This document shows, piece after piece, positions 28,971 through 40,399 of a stretch of DNA of 64,000 nt. The stretch covers positions 156,177 to 220,176 of the forward strand of contig CABZYC010000001.1 of NCBI GenBank assembly GCA_902529885.1, read 5' to 3'. The first letter of the stretch is position 1. Each line of letters opens with the position of its first letter. The notes under the pieces are model-generated. The model was not told the DNA's origin. It did not search any database and was given only the letters and a program-made list of their open reading frames with translations. The stretch is from an uncultured Candidatus Woesearchaeota archaeon. GTDB lineage: Archaea; Nanobdellota; Nanobdellia; Woesearchaeales; GW2011-AR9. The position numbers and the translations under genes are program-made.

Positions 28971-31900
28971 ATGGGTGCAGAAAGGCCAAACCTAGAAAAA
29001 ATATTAGCAAATATTCCAGAATTATTTGTTAAACCAATAGCACCAATTGTAGAATATAATCCTCAAGATACCGTGGAAAAAGCATTAACAGAAGTAAAAC
29101 GGTTAGAAGCATTAGGTAAAGAATATCAAGAGTCGTATTATAATCATAAAAACGAAATCCAAAATCTATCAGTTAACAATATTGAACAAGTATTGCAGCA
29201 CATCCAACAATTACACACGGCAACCGCAAACATCGACATATTACGTGATCTAATCATGCATGCTAATGATAATGTGATTAATCTTACAAAAGAAGAGTAT
29301 GATGTTGACGGTTTTGAAGAAATAAGTGACATTCAAGATAAAATTTTCAAAGAACAAAACGCGTTAAGAAAACAATGGTTCGGCACATGGCGGTTCGCAA
29401 AACAAATCAAAGTATTATCTAAAAAAATGGAAAAAAGTTGGGAAGCCTGGAGCAATTTACAACGTTACCCTAAAGTACCGTCTACAACTACCCCTGTAAA
29501 CAGTATTGTCTCTGACTATATTAGCAACCATATTGTTGATATTATGCGGCACAGATGGGAATACATTATCAATGATATACCAGATTACCAAACAAATGCT
29601 GATTTGTCAAAAAAGCAGAACGAAGTTCTTGAAGATGCACACAAAATCTTTTGGAGAAATAAACAAATAGAACACATACATTCTGCTGCCGAAAATTTCA
29701 AACATGTCTCACAACTTGACCCAGACCTAAAATATGTAGAAGAAATAGGAAAATTCACACCAAGCATACGACAAGTCGATATGACTCAGTTCAGTTTTGA
29801 AGTATTTAAAAACTTACCAACCGAGATTAAAGCACCAATTCAAGACCTGGTACACAATGAGTTCACGTCACAGTTTTTGCTTACCCCAGAGCATACTAAC
29901 TCATCACAAATCTTGGGTGAAAAGATGATGGAATTTACAGATGAAAAATCTATATTGTATAACGCTGTGAATTTCTGGAGAGAAAGCGGCATGTCTGGCC
30001 AAAAACCATATATTAGACGAAATTACCATAGTGAAAAAACAGATGCACAAAATTATTTTGATAAACTCGAAACGCTAACGCACCCAGCGTTACAAACCCT
30101 TAAGAAAAATCTTTCTAACAATGATCACGATAGCGAAAATACACACGAAGCCGTAGCTCAATTAATCACTGAATTATTAGATGGTACGTCTGAAGAAACA
30201 TATTTCGCGCTTAATAGTATTGATGGTATTACCGTGCCTGACCACCTAGTTGAAAAGATTACTACAAAACTCGACCTATCTCCAGTACATAACAAAGAAC
30301 TTTTTCAAAAAACACTCGATAAAATTACTCGGAGAAACACAGATATCTCTACCTACAAGGAAGTTATAGATAACGTCATGGAATATGATCGTTCAGTTAC
30401 TAAGATCAAACAAAGTATGGATGACCCATCCAAGATTGATCGATTAATACATTCCGTATGTAGTGCCCAATATACTATTACTAATAAAGATAAACAATCA
30501 CAAAGCCTTGCAATCATGAACGTTGTTAAAGATACACCGTACGAATTATCCAGCAACGTTATATCAAAGATTCGCAACATCTTTTTTGCTGACCTCGCTA
30601 ATGTATCAGGGCATACTAGAAAAGCCTTAGACAATTTTTATGCTATAACTAAACTATCAAGCTTGTACAACCATCCTGAGTTACAAAGTATAATTGAAAA
30701 TAGTTCCTACACACACTTAATCGACGACCCAGACCAAATAGAATCATACATGAAAGTGATTACAAAACCAAAAATTGGAACTAAATTTGACCAATTATCT
30801 TCATCTCGGAGAGACATAATACGTCGAACAGCAGAGACTGCGTATAAAATAAATAAGGATTTCAGCGACCATTTCATTGAAAACATGGTGATGAAAGAGC
30901 GGTCAATGGCAAAAATGTGGTTATTAAACAGGTCATTAACATCAATTAGTAACCATAGTGGGTTAGAAAAACACATACTCAGTATAACACCTAATGAAGC
31001 GTATAAAACAGTAACACTTTTTGGACTTGTTCGACCCATCGTTGACAATAAATGTACGCAAGATTTACAGCAAATATTTGAGTCGAGTGACAACGTTGTA
31101 GACGAATACCACAGGTTGCGAGACATACAAAGTTCAGCGGTACGCAAAAAGACGTTACAAAAGCTTCAAAAGCATGTTGGACAAGCAGCAGTTTTCAAAA
31201 ATCAAAAAGGAGAAATCGCGAAAAAACGGTATGAACAACGTATATCATCAATTAATGCCACTTTAAACAGAGAACGTACTAATGCTGTCGAAACCGTGTT
31301 ACGTGACACCGTTAAACGGAACGTAGAAAAGATTGTGGGAAAACCGATTAACATTGATGTTAATGAAGATATCATCAACGCAACATTACTGTATAACGAT
31401 ATTACTAAAAATAAAACATTGTTAAGAGATATTATTGTATCATGCACAGACGGCACATATAAAGCATACTCTGATGATAAGAACATTGAATATCTTACAG
31501 ACCTTCGAAATACATCCATCAATGTTGATGCATGGATTGAAGGGGTCACACAAACGTATAAACCGCAGTTGGTACAAAACATCAAAGAAAAAATTCAGTC
31601 AGAAATACAACACCATAAAACTGAAGCTAAAAAAATATTGTGCAAGAATGGGATTGAATACAAAACCTTTGAAGAAGCATATAAAATGTTACAAAATATC
31701 AATCAAGACGATGCCCTTGACCTCAAGACACAAATTCAAGCAATCAAAGGGTTACAGACACGAGACGAATGCAACAGTTTTAGTGATGTTACCATCTACC
31801 TAGAACATGACCCACTCAAGATATTACAAATGGGTAATTATTCTACGAACAGTTGTCTTGGACTCGGAAAAGGTAACGCATGGTCAACCGTGGCAAACGC

Positions 31901-32156
31901 TTTGGACAGTAATAAACAAGTCTTATACGCAGTGATGAACGGAGAAATCATTGGTCGTAAACTGATCGCGATTAATAATAACAAGAAGATGGTACAATAC
32001 AGAACGTACAGTGACTATGTAGATTTAGATCTTGACAGTATGTTTAACACATACCTTGACACTTTTGCGGACATAACCAATATTGAACGGGATACGAAAG
32101 GTACAGTGAGCACCATACTTGCGCAACATTGGTATAACGACGGCATCTTAAGCTAA
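28971..32156 (+). CDS. Large hypothetical protein (1061 aa ORFan, predicted cytoplasmic, helical)
   Basis: Long uninterrupted ORF with its own TATA-like box upstream. No TM helix, signal peptide, P-loop or other recognisable motif. Confidence 0.5.
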   Translation: MGAERPNLEKILANIPELFVKPIAPIVEYNPQDTVEKALTEVKRLEALGKEYQESYYNHKNEIQNLSVNNIEQVLQHIQQLHTATANIDILRDLIMHANDNVINLTKEEYDVDGFEEISDIQDKIFKEQNALRKQWFGTWRFAKQIKVLSKKMEKSWEAWSNLQRYPKVPSTTTPVNSIVSDYISNHIVDIMRHRWEYIINDIPDYQTNADLSKKQNEVLEDAHKIFWRNKQIEHIHSAAENFKHVSQLDPDLKYVEEIGKFTPSIRQVDMTQFSFEVFKNLPTEIKAPIQDLVHNEFTSQFLLTPEHTNSSQILGEKMMEFTDEKSILYNAVNFWRESGMSGQKPYIRRNYHSEKTDAQNYFDKLETLTHPALQTLKKNLSNNDHDSENTHEAVAQLITELLDGTSEETYFALNSIDGITVPDHLVEKITTKLDLSPVHNKELFQKTLDKITRRNTDISTYKEVIDNVMEYDRSVTKIKQSMDDPSKIDRLIHSVCSAQYTITNKDKQSQSLAIMNVVKDTPYELSSNVISKIRNIFFADLANVSGHTRKALDNFYAITKLSSLYNHPELQSIIENSSYTHLIDDPDQIESYMKVITKPKIGTKFDQLSSSRRDIIRRTAETAYKINKDFSDHFIENMVMKERSMAKMWLLNRSLTSISNHSGLEKHILSITPNEAYKTVTLFGLVRPIVDNKCTQDLQQIFESSDNVVDEYHRLRDIQSSAVRKKTLQKLQKHVGQAAVFKNQKGEIAKKRYEQRISSINATLNRERTNAVETVLRDTVKRNVEKIVGKPINIDVNEDIINATLLYNDITKNKTLLRDIIVSCTDGTYKAYSDDKNIEYLTDLRNTSINVDAWIEGVTQTYKPQLVQNIKEKIQSEIQHHKTEAKKILCKNGIEYKTFEEAYKMLQNINQDDALDLKTQIQAIKGLQTRDECNSFSDVTIYLEHDPLKILQMGNYSTNSCLGLGKGNAWSTVANALDSNKQVLYAVMNGEIIGRKLIAINNNKKMVQYRTYSDYVDLDLDSMFNTYLDTFADITNIERDTKGTVSTILAQHWYNDGILS

Positions 32157-32188
32157 ACAGTAAATAATTTATATAGTTATAATATACC

Positions 32189-32395
32189 ATGGTTATGTAC
32201 CTTGAAACAATATTTTATTATCTTTTCGTGCTCGATTCAATAAGTTATTTAGCATTATGTTATACAAAACAATATCATACGAAACTTCACCATTGGACCA
32301 GCCAACACTTCCCATTAAACCACGTGTTTGGTTATGTTTATCTTGGGTTATTAATATGGCTTGGTTTCGCACTACGACGGTTAACCATCATTTAA
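32189..32395 (+). CDS. Small hydrophobic protein (2 TM), uncertain
   Basis: 68-aa ORF between the giant ORFan and the ligase. Confidence 0.2.
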   Translation: MVMYLETIFYYLFVLDSISYLALCYTKQYHTKLHHWTSQHFPLNHVFGYVYLGLLIWLGFALRRLTII

Positions 32396-32435
32396 TCTCG
32401 ATAAATTTTTAAATAGAAAGGTCGCCGCGGACTAT

Positions 32436-33803
32436 ATGGGAGCACAACTTACTGGAATTGCACAGACCTTAAGACAATGCCAAGATATGCACAAAGTTTA
32501 CATTTCAAAATATGAAGATTATATTCATAATCAACTTTCTAAAATTAAAATGTCACCTGAACCTTCTGGGCAAACATTTGGATTAGAAATAGAGCTGGTA
32601 GGTGTAAACAAAGATTACACGTTCAGAACATTCTCAGATAGACAATTTAGTAAGGAGTATGCACCAGAAATTATGACCACAAATGTCGAACTTGTAACTG
32701 AACCATTAAAGCACTCTTCTTTACAATGCATGATTGAACATATTGATACAATGAAAAAGGGAGTTAAAGGTCCGGCATTACAAATTGGGGGGCACCCTTA
32801 CTTTAATTTAGGATATGCCAAACAATTTCTAAATCCAAGACAACGATATCAACAATTGATAAATGTGTTAAAAGAATATAACACACAATTTTGTGTGCCA
32901 CAATATAACGGAACAGAATATTGTAGTAGCGGTGCTGAATGGGAAGGTATTGGGACTTCTTTCCAGTTTACAGTAAATACCCCCATCGAAGAGGTACCTT
33001 TCTTTTATAATGCTGCAAAAAAAATGGCACCAATAGCAATGTACGCAAGTGCAAGTTCACCATTCATTGATGGTGTTTTATCGAACGCCCTTAGTACAAG
33101 ATCTATTGTTATACCATCAGTTACATCTGGTGGACGGTCAAGATGGAGAGCACTTGAACCACTCACAGATGAATTTCGACCAGTAAACAATCAAGAAAAA
33201 AATATGTATGAAAGATTGTCTCAGTTTAATCCAAACGTTGCAAAATATTTTACAGAAAGTACAAGAGAAGGATGGCTTCTTCGAACAGTAGGAGACGAGC
33301 ACCAAGATATACAGCCCCCACCAACTTTTTGGCCAAGTGTTAAGTTGCAAGCACATATTATTAATCAAAAAGGAATCCCAGTAGAGGTCCGTACTGCTGA
33401 ACAATTAGCTAATACATATGATACTGCCCATTATATGTTAGGAATGTTATCTATGATCCAACAGGAATCGCTTAACTTGAAAAATAATGAATCTTATACA
33501 ACCACTGGACAGTTAGACGATAATAATGTTAAGCTAATTAATTTTTCACAGAACATTATTTGGAATAATAAAAGTGTCCACCCATTAGAAATTATTAGAA
33601 AATTTGTTCCAGGTATGACCAACCTTGAGAGATATGGTTATTCAATGTCAGATATTAAATCTGTCCAAGAATGGTGGAAAAATCGTGTGAACGATGCACA
33701 ACATATGAAACAAACAGCGTTACAAAACCAACCCGGACTTGTTAACGGCGACCAAGTTAAACCAGAAACATTAGAAAAAATGTTGTCAAAGCACTTGATT
33801 TAA
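32436..33803 (+). CDS. Carboxylate-amine ligase, glutamate-cysteine ligase family 2 (YbdK/GCS2-like)
   Basis: TFGLEIELVGV (compare YbdK TLGIELEMQVV), VELVTEP, QIGGHPYF (compare GGTHPF), PIAMYASASSPF (compare FIALSAASPY). TATA-like box about 22 nt upstream. Confidence 0.65.
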   Translation: MGAQLTGIAQTLRQCQDMHKVYISKYEDYIHNQLSKIKMSPEPSGQTFGLEIELVGVNKDYTFRTFSDRQFSKEYAPEIMTTNVELVTEPLKHSSLQCMIEHIDTMKKGVKGPALQIGGHPYFNLGYAKQFLNPRQRYQQLINVLKEYNTQFCVPQYNGTEYCSSGAEWEGIGTSFQFTVNTPIEEVPFFYNAAKKMAPIAMYASASSPFIDGVLSNALSTRSIVIPSVTSGGRSRWRALEPLTDEFRPVNNQEKNMYERLSQFNPNVAKYFTESTREGWLLRTVGDEHQDIQPPPTFWPSVKLQAHIINQKGIPVEVRTAEQLANTYDTAHYMLGMLSMIQQESLNLKNNESYTTTGQLDDNNVKLINFSQNIIWNNKSVHPLEIIRKFVPGMTNLERYGYSMSDIKSVQEWWKNRVNDAQHMKQTALQNQPGLVNGDQVKPETLEKMLSKHLI

Positions 33804-33828
33804 GTAAATATAAATAGTAATACGTATT

Positions 33829-34572
33829 TTGCAAAATATGAAAGAGGGAAACATTCTGAAATATTCTTTTAAAGAAATGTTTAAACATCCTGTTGTTTTT
33901 ACTCCTAACATCTTACTTTTTGTTTGGAATATAATAGCATTATTGTTCTATGGACAGATCACCGATTGGAATTTTTTGAATGGGACCTATTGGTGGCAAA
34001 CCCTTATTTATTTGGCAATTGTCTTATTAGTAGACAATTATATTGTATCTTGTAAATATGCCATCTTAAGAAAGTTGGTACAACGTAAAAAAATAACATT
34101 AAAAAATGTAATGGCATTTGCAGACAAACATTTTTTAGACATTTTAAAAGTTCACGCTTTAACATTTGCAATTATTACATTACCTTTCATTTTGTTAGTT
34201 AAACTTTCAGCGTTATCAAATACCCTTGCATTCATACTAAGTGTTTGTATTGTCACATACCTTGTTTTAATGAGTATAAGATTACTATTTATTTATCCAG
34301 AATTAGTATTCCATGAAAAAGGCGTTATGAAATCTATTACAAAAGAAATGCATTTTACTAAAACACACTCATTCCATACACACGTAGTCTGGATTACAAC
34401 ATTAAGTATTTTATTTCTTGTTGACATTGTACAATCTGTAATTAATAGTTTAGGTATGCTCATACTGTTTGGAACAATTATGATTATTGGGCTCGAAATA
34501 TTTGTTAGTGTCTGGGAACACATGTACATTTTTGCTGCATACTCTAAAACAAAATTAAATAAGCAAAAATAA
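33829..34572 (+). CDS. Polytopic membrane protein (hypothetical)
   Basis: Five or six hydrophobic helices. Confidence 0.4.
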   Translation: MQNMKEGNILKYSFKEMFKHPVVFTPNILLFVWNIIALLFYGQITDWNFLNGTYWWQTLIYLAIVLLVDNYIVSCKYAILRKLVQRKKITLKNVMAFADKHFLDILKVHALTFAIITLPFILLVKLSALSNTLAFILSVCIVTYLVLMSIRLLFIYPELVFHEKGVMKSITKEMHFTKTHSFHTHVVWITTLSILFLVDIVQSVINSLGMLILFGTIMIIGLEIFVSVWEHMYIFAAYSKTKLNKQK

Positions 34573-34640
34573 GAGTTCCAATTACTAACATTACATTACT
34601 AATTATTAAAACGTAATGGAAAGCATGTACAATCCATTCT

Positions 34641-35252
34641 TTACCCTCTAATTTTTTCTTTAACAAATTTGGTACGTGTAAACGCTTCACGTTCTTGCTC
34701 CGCTAATACTTGTTTTATTTGATTAAATTCATCTTGCATGGCAGGTATTTTAATATGCTCTAAACTATTAACACGCCTTCGGGTTCGTATTATTTCTTCA
34801 CTTAACCTGCTCAAGATTAATTCTAACTCAGAAAGACGTAATAATTCAGGTAACAACTCAGAAAACTTTTGCATACTATCACGAACATAGTAAGCAGTAC
34901 CAATTAAACTTGTGTTTACTGAACTTTTAATGGGTTTAACTGTTAACCTTGGAACTTGGACACCCATTATGCTTGCTTGCTCATTAACAATCTCCATTGT
35001 AGGTTGTGTTGCTAAGGCAATACCCATTACTCGCCCTGCACCACTCACTGCTGCTGCACGGGTTAAAACTTTGAAAGCTAACTCTTTACTATGTTTAACG
35101 TTGTTCTCACGTTTAACATATTCAAGCACATTCTCCATATATTTTTGCACCATACCGTCCAATTTACGTTTAAGTAAACTGTGTCCTTTTTCAGCTAGTT
35201 TTATACGGTTTTTGAGTTCTAATAACTCCATCCGTGTTGCTGGTCCACTCAT
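34641..35252 (-). CDS. atpD: A-type ATP synthase subunit D
   Basis: Last gene of the ahaHIKECFABD operon, 203 aa, coiled-coil central stalk. Confidence 0.8.
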   Translation of the reverse strand: MSGPATRMELLELKNRIKLAEKGHSLLKRKLDGMVQKYMENVLEYVKRENNVKHSKELAFKVLTRAAAVSGAGRVMGIALATQPTMEIVNEQASIMGVQVPRLTVKPIKSSVNTSLIGTAYYVRDSMQKFSELLPELLRLSELELILSRLSEEIIRTRRRVNSLEHIKIPAMQDEFNQIKQVLAEQEREAFTRTKFVKEKIRG

Positions 35253-36610
35253 TTTTGGTACACATCAATATGTTTCTGTTTCACTTTTTTAAGTTCTGAA
35301 CGTGGCAACTCTTTCAGGATGTTCCAACCTAAATCAAGTGTTTCTTCAATACTACGATTACTATCAAAACCTTGGTTAATAAACTCTTTCTCAAACCGTT
35401 CTGCAAATTTCAAGTATTGGCGGTCAACCTCGCTTAATGAAGATTCACCTATTACTGCCACTAATTGACGGAGTTCTAATGCATAAGCATATGAAGCATA
35501 CAATTGATCTGATACGCCACTATGGTCTTCACGAGTTTTATTCTCACCAATCCCAGATTTCATTAGCCGGCTTAACGAAGGTAAAGGGTTTAATGGGGGG
35601 TTGAACCCCCTTTTCTGTAATTTTGGATCAAGAACAATTTGACCTTCAGTAATGTACCCTGTTAGATCAGGAATTGGGTGTGTCTTGTCTCCAGCAGGCA
35701 TGGTTAAAATTGGTATCTGAGTGATTGTACCTTTACTCCCCATTATTGCTCCTGCACGCTCATAATTGTTTGCAAGATCAGTGTACAAATAGCCCGGGTA
35801 ACCACGACGGCCAGGGACCTCACTTCTTGCAGAAGATAATTCTCGTAAAGCATCACAATAGTTTGTGAAATCTGTTAACACTACTAATACATGCTTATCA
35901 TGCTCATAAGCAAAATATTCTGCAGTAGTCAAAGCTACACGGGGCGTCAAAATCCGTTCAATACTACTATCGTCTGCCAAATTCATGAAAACAATAGTGT
36001 TGTCTAAACTGCCACTCTTTTCAAATTCTGTACGGAAAAAACGTGCTTCTTCGTTAGTGATACCCATCGCTGCAAAAATAACTAAAAAATCTTCGCCTTC
36101 AATGTGTGCTTGCCGAACAATTTGTGCAGCTAATTCATTGTGTGGTTGCCCCGCACTACTGAAAATTGGTAACTTCTGACCACGTACCAAAGTAGTCATA
36201 CAATCTACTACAGAAACACCTGTCTGGATAAAATCGTGTGGGCTTTTACGCGAAGCAGGATTTATTGCTGAACCGTTCACATCGAGATATTTGTCAATCT
36301 TTAATTCAGAACCATCAAGAGGTTTACCAAGACCATTAAACATTTTACCAACCATCTCTGTGCTTACACCTATCCTAGCTGGTTCACCTTTAAAACGAAC
36401 TTGCGCTTTTTTGGTTAAGCCCATACTACTTTCAAAAAGTTGCACAACTACATGTTCATGACTTGTTTCTAAAACTTGTCCCAATAATTCGTCACCATCA
36501 TGACGAATTTCACAAATTTCACCATAACTTATCCCTGGCACATTTTCTACAATTAATAGTGGGCCTCGGACTGATTTAACTGTTTTAAACCATTTTTTTG
36601 CATTTGCCAT
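35249..36610 (-). CDS. atpB: A-type ATP synthase subunit B (regulatory)
   Basis: 453 aa with typical B-subunit sequence. No intact P-loop, as expected for subunit B. Confidence 0.9.
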   Translation of the reverse strand: MANAKKWFKTVKSVRGPLLIVENVPGISYGEICEIRHDGDELLGQVLETSHEHVVVQLFESSMGLTKKAQVRFKGEPARIGVSTEMVGKMFNGLGKPLDGSELKIDKYLDVNGSAINPASRKSPHDFIQTGVSVVDCMTTLVRGQKLPIFSSAGQPHNELAAQIVRQAHIEGEDFLVIFAAMGITNEEARFFRTEFEKSGSLDNTIVFMNLADDSSIERILTPRVALTTAEYFAYEHDKHVLVVLTDFTNYCDALRELSSARSEVPGRRGYPGYLYTDLANNYERAGAIMGSKGTITQIPILTMPAGDKTHPIPDLTGYITEGQIVLDPKLQKRGFNPPLNPLPSLSRLMKSGIGENKTREDHSGVSDQLYASYAYALELRQLVAVIGESSLSEVDRQYLKFAERFEKEFINQGFDSNRSIEETLDLGWNILKELPRSELKKVKQKHIDVYQK

Positions 36611-38355
36611 TATTCTTTCCTCCGTACAGAATCTATGCTTTTCTGAAATAATTTTGTAAATGTGTCAACATGTTTGTCAACATTGTCACTAGCATAACCC
36701 TCGTTCGATTCATATTTTAATTGAGCAAAAGTAGTACACGCTTCCGATTGACGAAGTGCAGCCCAATCAATTTGGTCACAACTTTTGTATAGTAAGTCCC
36801 CAACTTGTTTTAAGGATCTCATCATTACCCTCATTTTAGAGTTTGGACAAAAAGTATCATTTTCATGAAATGCATTTTGTTGTAAAAAATCTTCTCGGAT
36901 CATACGTGCAATAAACAAAGTGGCACGGTCCTTAGCAGGTAATGTATCACTCCCCACTATTTGTACAATCTCCATTAATTCTGATTCTTCCTGTAACAAT
37001 TTTGTCATCCAAGACCGTACCGAACTCCAGTCTGGGTCACAATTAGAATCAAACCATGCATCAGTGGTAGGTGTATACAAACTATAACTTTTCAACCAAT
37101 TAATACTAGGAAAATGACGTTTATCGGCTAGACTACTGTCTAACGCCCAAAAACATTTTGCCATACGTAATGTCGCTTGAGTCACAGGCTCAGAAAAATC
37201 TCCCCCTGCAGGACTTACAGCGCCAACAACAGTTATGCTTGCATCTTCATTATTTAACGTTTTCACACTCCCAGCACGTTCATAAAACTCTGCTAACCTT
37301 TTACTTAAGTACGCAGGATACCCTTCTTCACCAGGCATCTCTTCTAATCGCCCAGATATCTCACGCATTGCTTCAGCCCACCGGCTTGTACTGTCAGCCA
37401 TCAAAGCTACATTGTACCCTTGGTCACGATAATATTCTGCAATAGTGATCCCAGTATAAACTGAAGCTTCACGAGCAGCAACAGGCATGTTTGAAGTGTT
37501 AGCAATTAAAATTGTTCTGTCCATTAAAGGATTACCAGTTTTTGGGTCTTTTAGTCCAGGGAATTCTTCTAATACTTCAGTCATTTCATTACCGCGTTCC
37601 CCACAGCCAATGTAAACAATAACTTCTGCGTCACACCACCTAGCTAATTGTTGTTGGGTTACAGTTTTACCTGCACCAAAAGGGCCAGGGATCGCTGCAA
37701 CACCACCTTTTGTTACAGGGTACATAAAATCTAGTACTCTTTGGCCACTTAACAAAGGTTCACTTAGACCAGATCGTTCACTGTATGGTCTAGCTCTACG
37801 TACCGGCCAATACTGTAACATTGAAACTTCTGTTCCTCCAATCTTTGCAATTGGGTCAGATATCTTGAATGAGCCAGTTTCAATTGATTCTATCTTACCT
37901 TCAACACCTGGCGGACATAATATCTTATGAGTTATTAGAGATGTTTCAGGTACCTCACCTATAACCATCCCAGGTGAAACACTATCTCCTTTTTTAACAT
38001 TAGGTTTGAATGCCCAGGTCTTTTTTATGTCTAATGGAGGCACTTCTACACCTTTAGGTAAATATGCACCATGGGCATCACGGATTATGTCTAATGGGCG
38101 TTGTGTTCCATCAAACACTTGACCCAATAAGCCAGGTGCTAACGCAACCGATAATGGCCGACCTGTATTTTTAACTGTGTCACCAGGACCAACCCCGGTT
38201 GTATCTTCGTACACCTGTACAACTGTACTCTCTTTACGAAGTTCAATTATTTCACCTAATAATTTATGTTCTCCAACGTGCACTAAATCGTTTACTGCAC
38301 CGTCAACGTCCGTGAAAACCACTGGACCACTTACTTTCAATACTTGACCTTTCAT
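36610..38355 (-). CDS. atpA: A-type ATP synthase subunit A (catalytic)
   Basis: P-loop GPFGAGKT, 581 aa, no intein. Confidence 0.9.
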   Translation of the reverse strand: MKGQVLKVSGPVVFTDVDGAVNDLVHVGEHKLLGEIIELRKESTVVQVYEDTTGVGPGDTVKNTGRPLSVALAPGLLGQVFDGTQRPLDIIRDAHGAYLPKGVEVPPLDIKKTWAFKPNVKKGDSVSPGMVIGEVPETSLITHKILCPPGVEGKIESIETGSFKISDPIAKIGGTEVSMLQYWPVRRARPYSERSGLSEPLLSGQRVLDFMYPVTKGGVAAIPGPFGAGKTVTQQQLARWCDAEVIVYIGCGERGNEMTEVLEEFPGLKDPKTGNPLMDRTILIANTSNMPVAAREASVYTGITIAEYYRDQGYNVALMADSTSRWAEAMREISGRLEEMPGEEGYPAYLSKRLAEFYERAGSVKTLNNEDASITVVGAVSPAGGDFSEPVTQATLRMAKCFWALDSSLADKRHFPSINWLKSYSLYTPTTDAWFDSNCDPDWSSVRSWMTKLLQEESELMEIVQIVGSDTLPAKDRATLFIARMIREDFLQQNAFHENDTFCPNSKMRVMMRSLKQVGDLLYKSCDQIDWAALRQSEACTTFAQLKYESNEGYASDNVDKHVDTFTKLFQKSIDSVRRKE

Positions 38356-38642
38356 TGTAATCGTTCTCTTAATTCTGATAATGTTAATCCCAAAATCTCT
38401 TTTGTCATTTTATCCAAATGTTCATTCTCGTTTGCACCAGGAATCCGAACACATAATGCAGTAGTTTTAACGTGCATTCGATAAATATTTTCTGATACTA
38501 GTACTATATCGGATTTAGAGTATTTTGAGATTAGTTCGGTTACTTCCTCCTTGGAAACATCATGTGGCACAATATGTGCATCATTTATGCCCCCAAGCCC
38601 AAACCCCATCACTTCATCTTCATTACCTATTATGACTATCAT
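38352..38642 (-). CDS. atpF: A-type ATP synthase subunit F
   Basis: 96 aa, canonical position between C and A. Confidence 0.7.
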   Translation of the reverse strand: MIVIIGNEDEVMGFGLGGINDAHIVPHDVSKEEVTELISKYSKSDIVLVSENIYRMHVKTTALCVRIPGANENEHLDKMTKEILGLTLSELRERLQ

Positions 38643-39646
38643 AATACTAACACCTCTCGTATAGACTCCTTGTCAATATTTTGACTTTTTAATTTTAACA
38701 AAATGTTCGCGTTCCTTGCACTAGTACGACTTTGGATTATGTAACCAACTAATGGTGCATCACTCAAAGGATCTTTACTAAAACATGCAATCCCAAAATC
38801 GTATAACAATTTCTCTGCGCTACGCTCAATCTCAGCAGGGGTAACACCTTCGAGATGATAACCATGATCTCTCCCAATTTTAATTACATCTTTATTAAAC
38901 GCATTTAATGGGATAACTCCCCCTGGGATTTTAGGATCTTCGTCTTTTAATACTAATGAAATATTTTGAATGTCAATCATTTTTTTTACATACGAACGAG
39001 TTAACTTTGTTGTTGCACTACCCAATAACTTCTGGAAATAATAAAGGTCTAATTCTTCTTCTAATTCCCTATATTGTTTCTTTTTGATTGAATCTGAATG
39101 TTTCTCAAGAATAGAATAATATCTTGTTCGTTTTAATTCAGTTATCAGTGATTCAAAACTAAAATCGTTCCGGCCAATATAATCTTCACTAAAAACTTCC
39201 GTTATGCTCATGATATCTCGTTTAGATGCATCATGGAATGACGATGACCTAATTATACTTTCAATCATTAAAATGTCATATTTTCTTAATAATGCAGAAA
39301 CAAATGGTTTTACTTCAGGTGGACTAAAACGTTGTAGACGTAATAGATCCTGTACTACTTTAGTTCGTAATGCACTGTCCACTGCAGCATAACTTGTATC
39401 AGGACCAAAAAGAGCCCTTAATCCAGGAAACACTTTCTTATCTAGTCTATATACTATATCATTATAATCTGCATCTAATAATCGTTCAAAATCTTCTGCA
39501 CGTAACAATTTTTTACGCATAACACGTAATCTTGCTTGCACACTTGCATAGGGGTATTTTTGTGAAACTACTTTAAACACAGGTATCATCACAACAATAC
39601 TTAACACTAATAATGAAGCTAACAAAATTAATATTTGTTCAATCAT
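38639..39646 (-). CDS. atpC: A-type ATP synthase subunit C
   Basis: 335 aa, operon position. Confidence 0.7.
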   Translation of the reverse strand: MIEQILILLASLLVLSIVVMIPVFKVVSQKYPYASVQARLRVMRKKLLRAEDFERLLDADYNDIVYRLDKKVFPGLRALFGPDTSYAAVDSALRTKVVQDLLRLQRFSPPEVKPFVSALLRKYDILMIESIIRSSSFHDASKRDIMSITEVFSEDYIGRNDFSFESLITELKRTRYYSILEKHSDSIKKKQYRELEEELDLYYFQKLLGSATTKLTRSYVKKMIDIQNISLVLKDEDPKIPGGVIPLNAFNKDVIKIGRDHGYHLEGVTPAEIERSAEKLLYDFGIACFSKDPLSDAPLVGYIIQSRTSARNANILLKLKSQNIDKESIREVLVL

Positions 39647-40173
39647 TGTCGGACCTCTTTAATAAATTCAGTATTAAACCAATCAACAAGACTGTATTCA
39701 TAAACGGTCGTTTTGGTTTCTGCTTGAACTAATGGGTTGGTTAAGGTACAATCAACTGTTTTCAAATTAACTTTGTTCCATGCACTAATTGTGCAATCTT
39801 TTAACAAAACACCATCTTTCTTTACTTGAACTTTTAGCTTTTCTACAAATGATTCAAACAAGGAATCTAATCTGCTAGAAGATTCAAGATGGCTTAAAAA
39901 AACTTGATACGTCTCTTTTTGTAATGCACTTATTGCTTGAGCATAAATTGTATCTGCATGCAATTTAGCTTGTGCTATTTTTTCTGCACGCTCATTCATC
40001 AATCTTGATTCAACATTACGTGTAAAAAGTTCTGCCTCAGACTTGACTTGGTCCAAAATAAGCTTGCGGGCACCATCGCATGCACTCTTAATGTCGGAGT
40101 CCAATTTAGCTAAACGTTCGTCGTACACATGGTGTACATACTGTTCAAACTCTTTACACGTTAAATCACTCAT
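39643..40173 (-). CDS. atpE: A-type ATP synthase subunit E
   Basis: 176 aa, peripheral-stalk coiled-coil. Confidence 0.7.
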   Translation of the reverse strand: MSDLTCKEFEQYVHHVYDERLAKLDSDIKSACDGARKLILDQVKSEAELFTRNVESRLMNERAEKIAQAKLHADTIYAQAISALQKETYQVFLSHLESSSRLDSLFESFVEKLKVQVKKDGVLLKDCTISAWNKVNLKTVDCTLTNPLVQAETKTTVYEYSLVDWFNTEFIKEVRQ

Positions 40174-40397
40174 TGCCCAAACACAAAGAGTAATAATATT
40201 GAGATTACGAAACCATAAATTGCTTGTGTCTCAGGTAACACTGCGAAAACAAGCATTTTTGCTAGTAAACTTTCATTCTCTGCGGTTGCACCTGCTGCAG
40301 CACTCGCAGCAATACCTTGTCCAATACCACTCCCTAATGCAGCAAATCCAATTGCGATCCCTGCACCTATTCCAATTAATCCTGTTGCTAATTCCAT
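40170..40397 (-). CDS. atpK: A-type ATP synthase proteolipid subunit K (c), single hairpin
   Basis: 75 aa with two TM helices and the ion-binding motif PETQAIYG. Confidence 0.85.
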   Translation of the reverse strand: MELATGLIGIGAGIAIGFAALGSGIGQGIAASAAAGATAENESLLAKMLVFAVLPETQAIYGFVISILLLFVFGQ

Positions 40398-40399
40398 TT

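Noticed and set aside
35581-35605. GGGGGTTGAACCCCC palindrome resembling a T-arm
   Set aside because: It lies inside the atpB coding sequence, and no acceptor or anticodon arms can be built around it.
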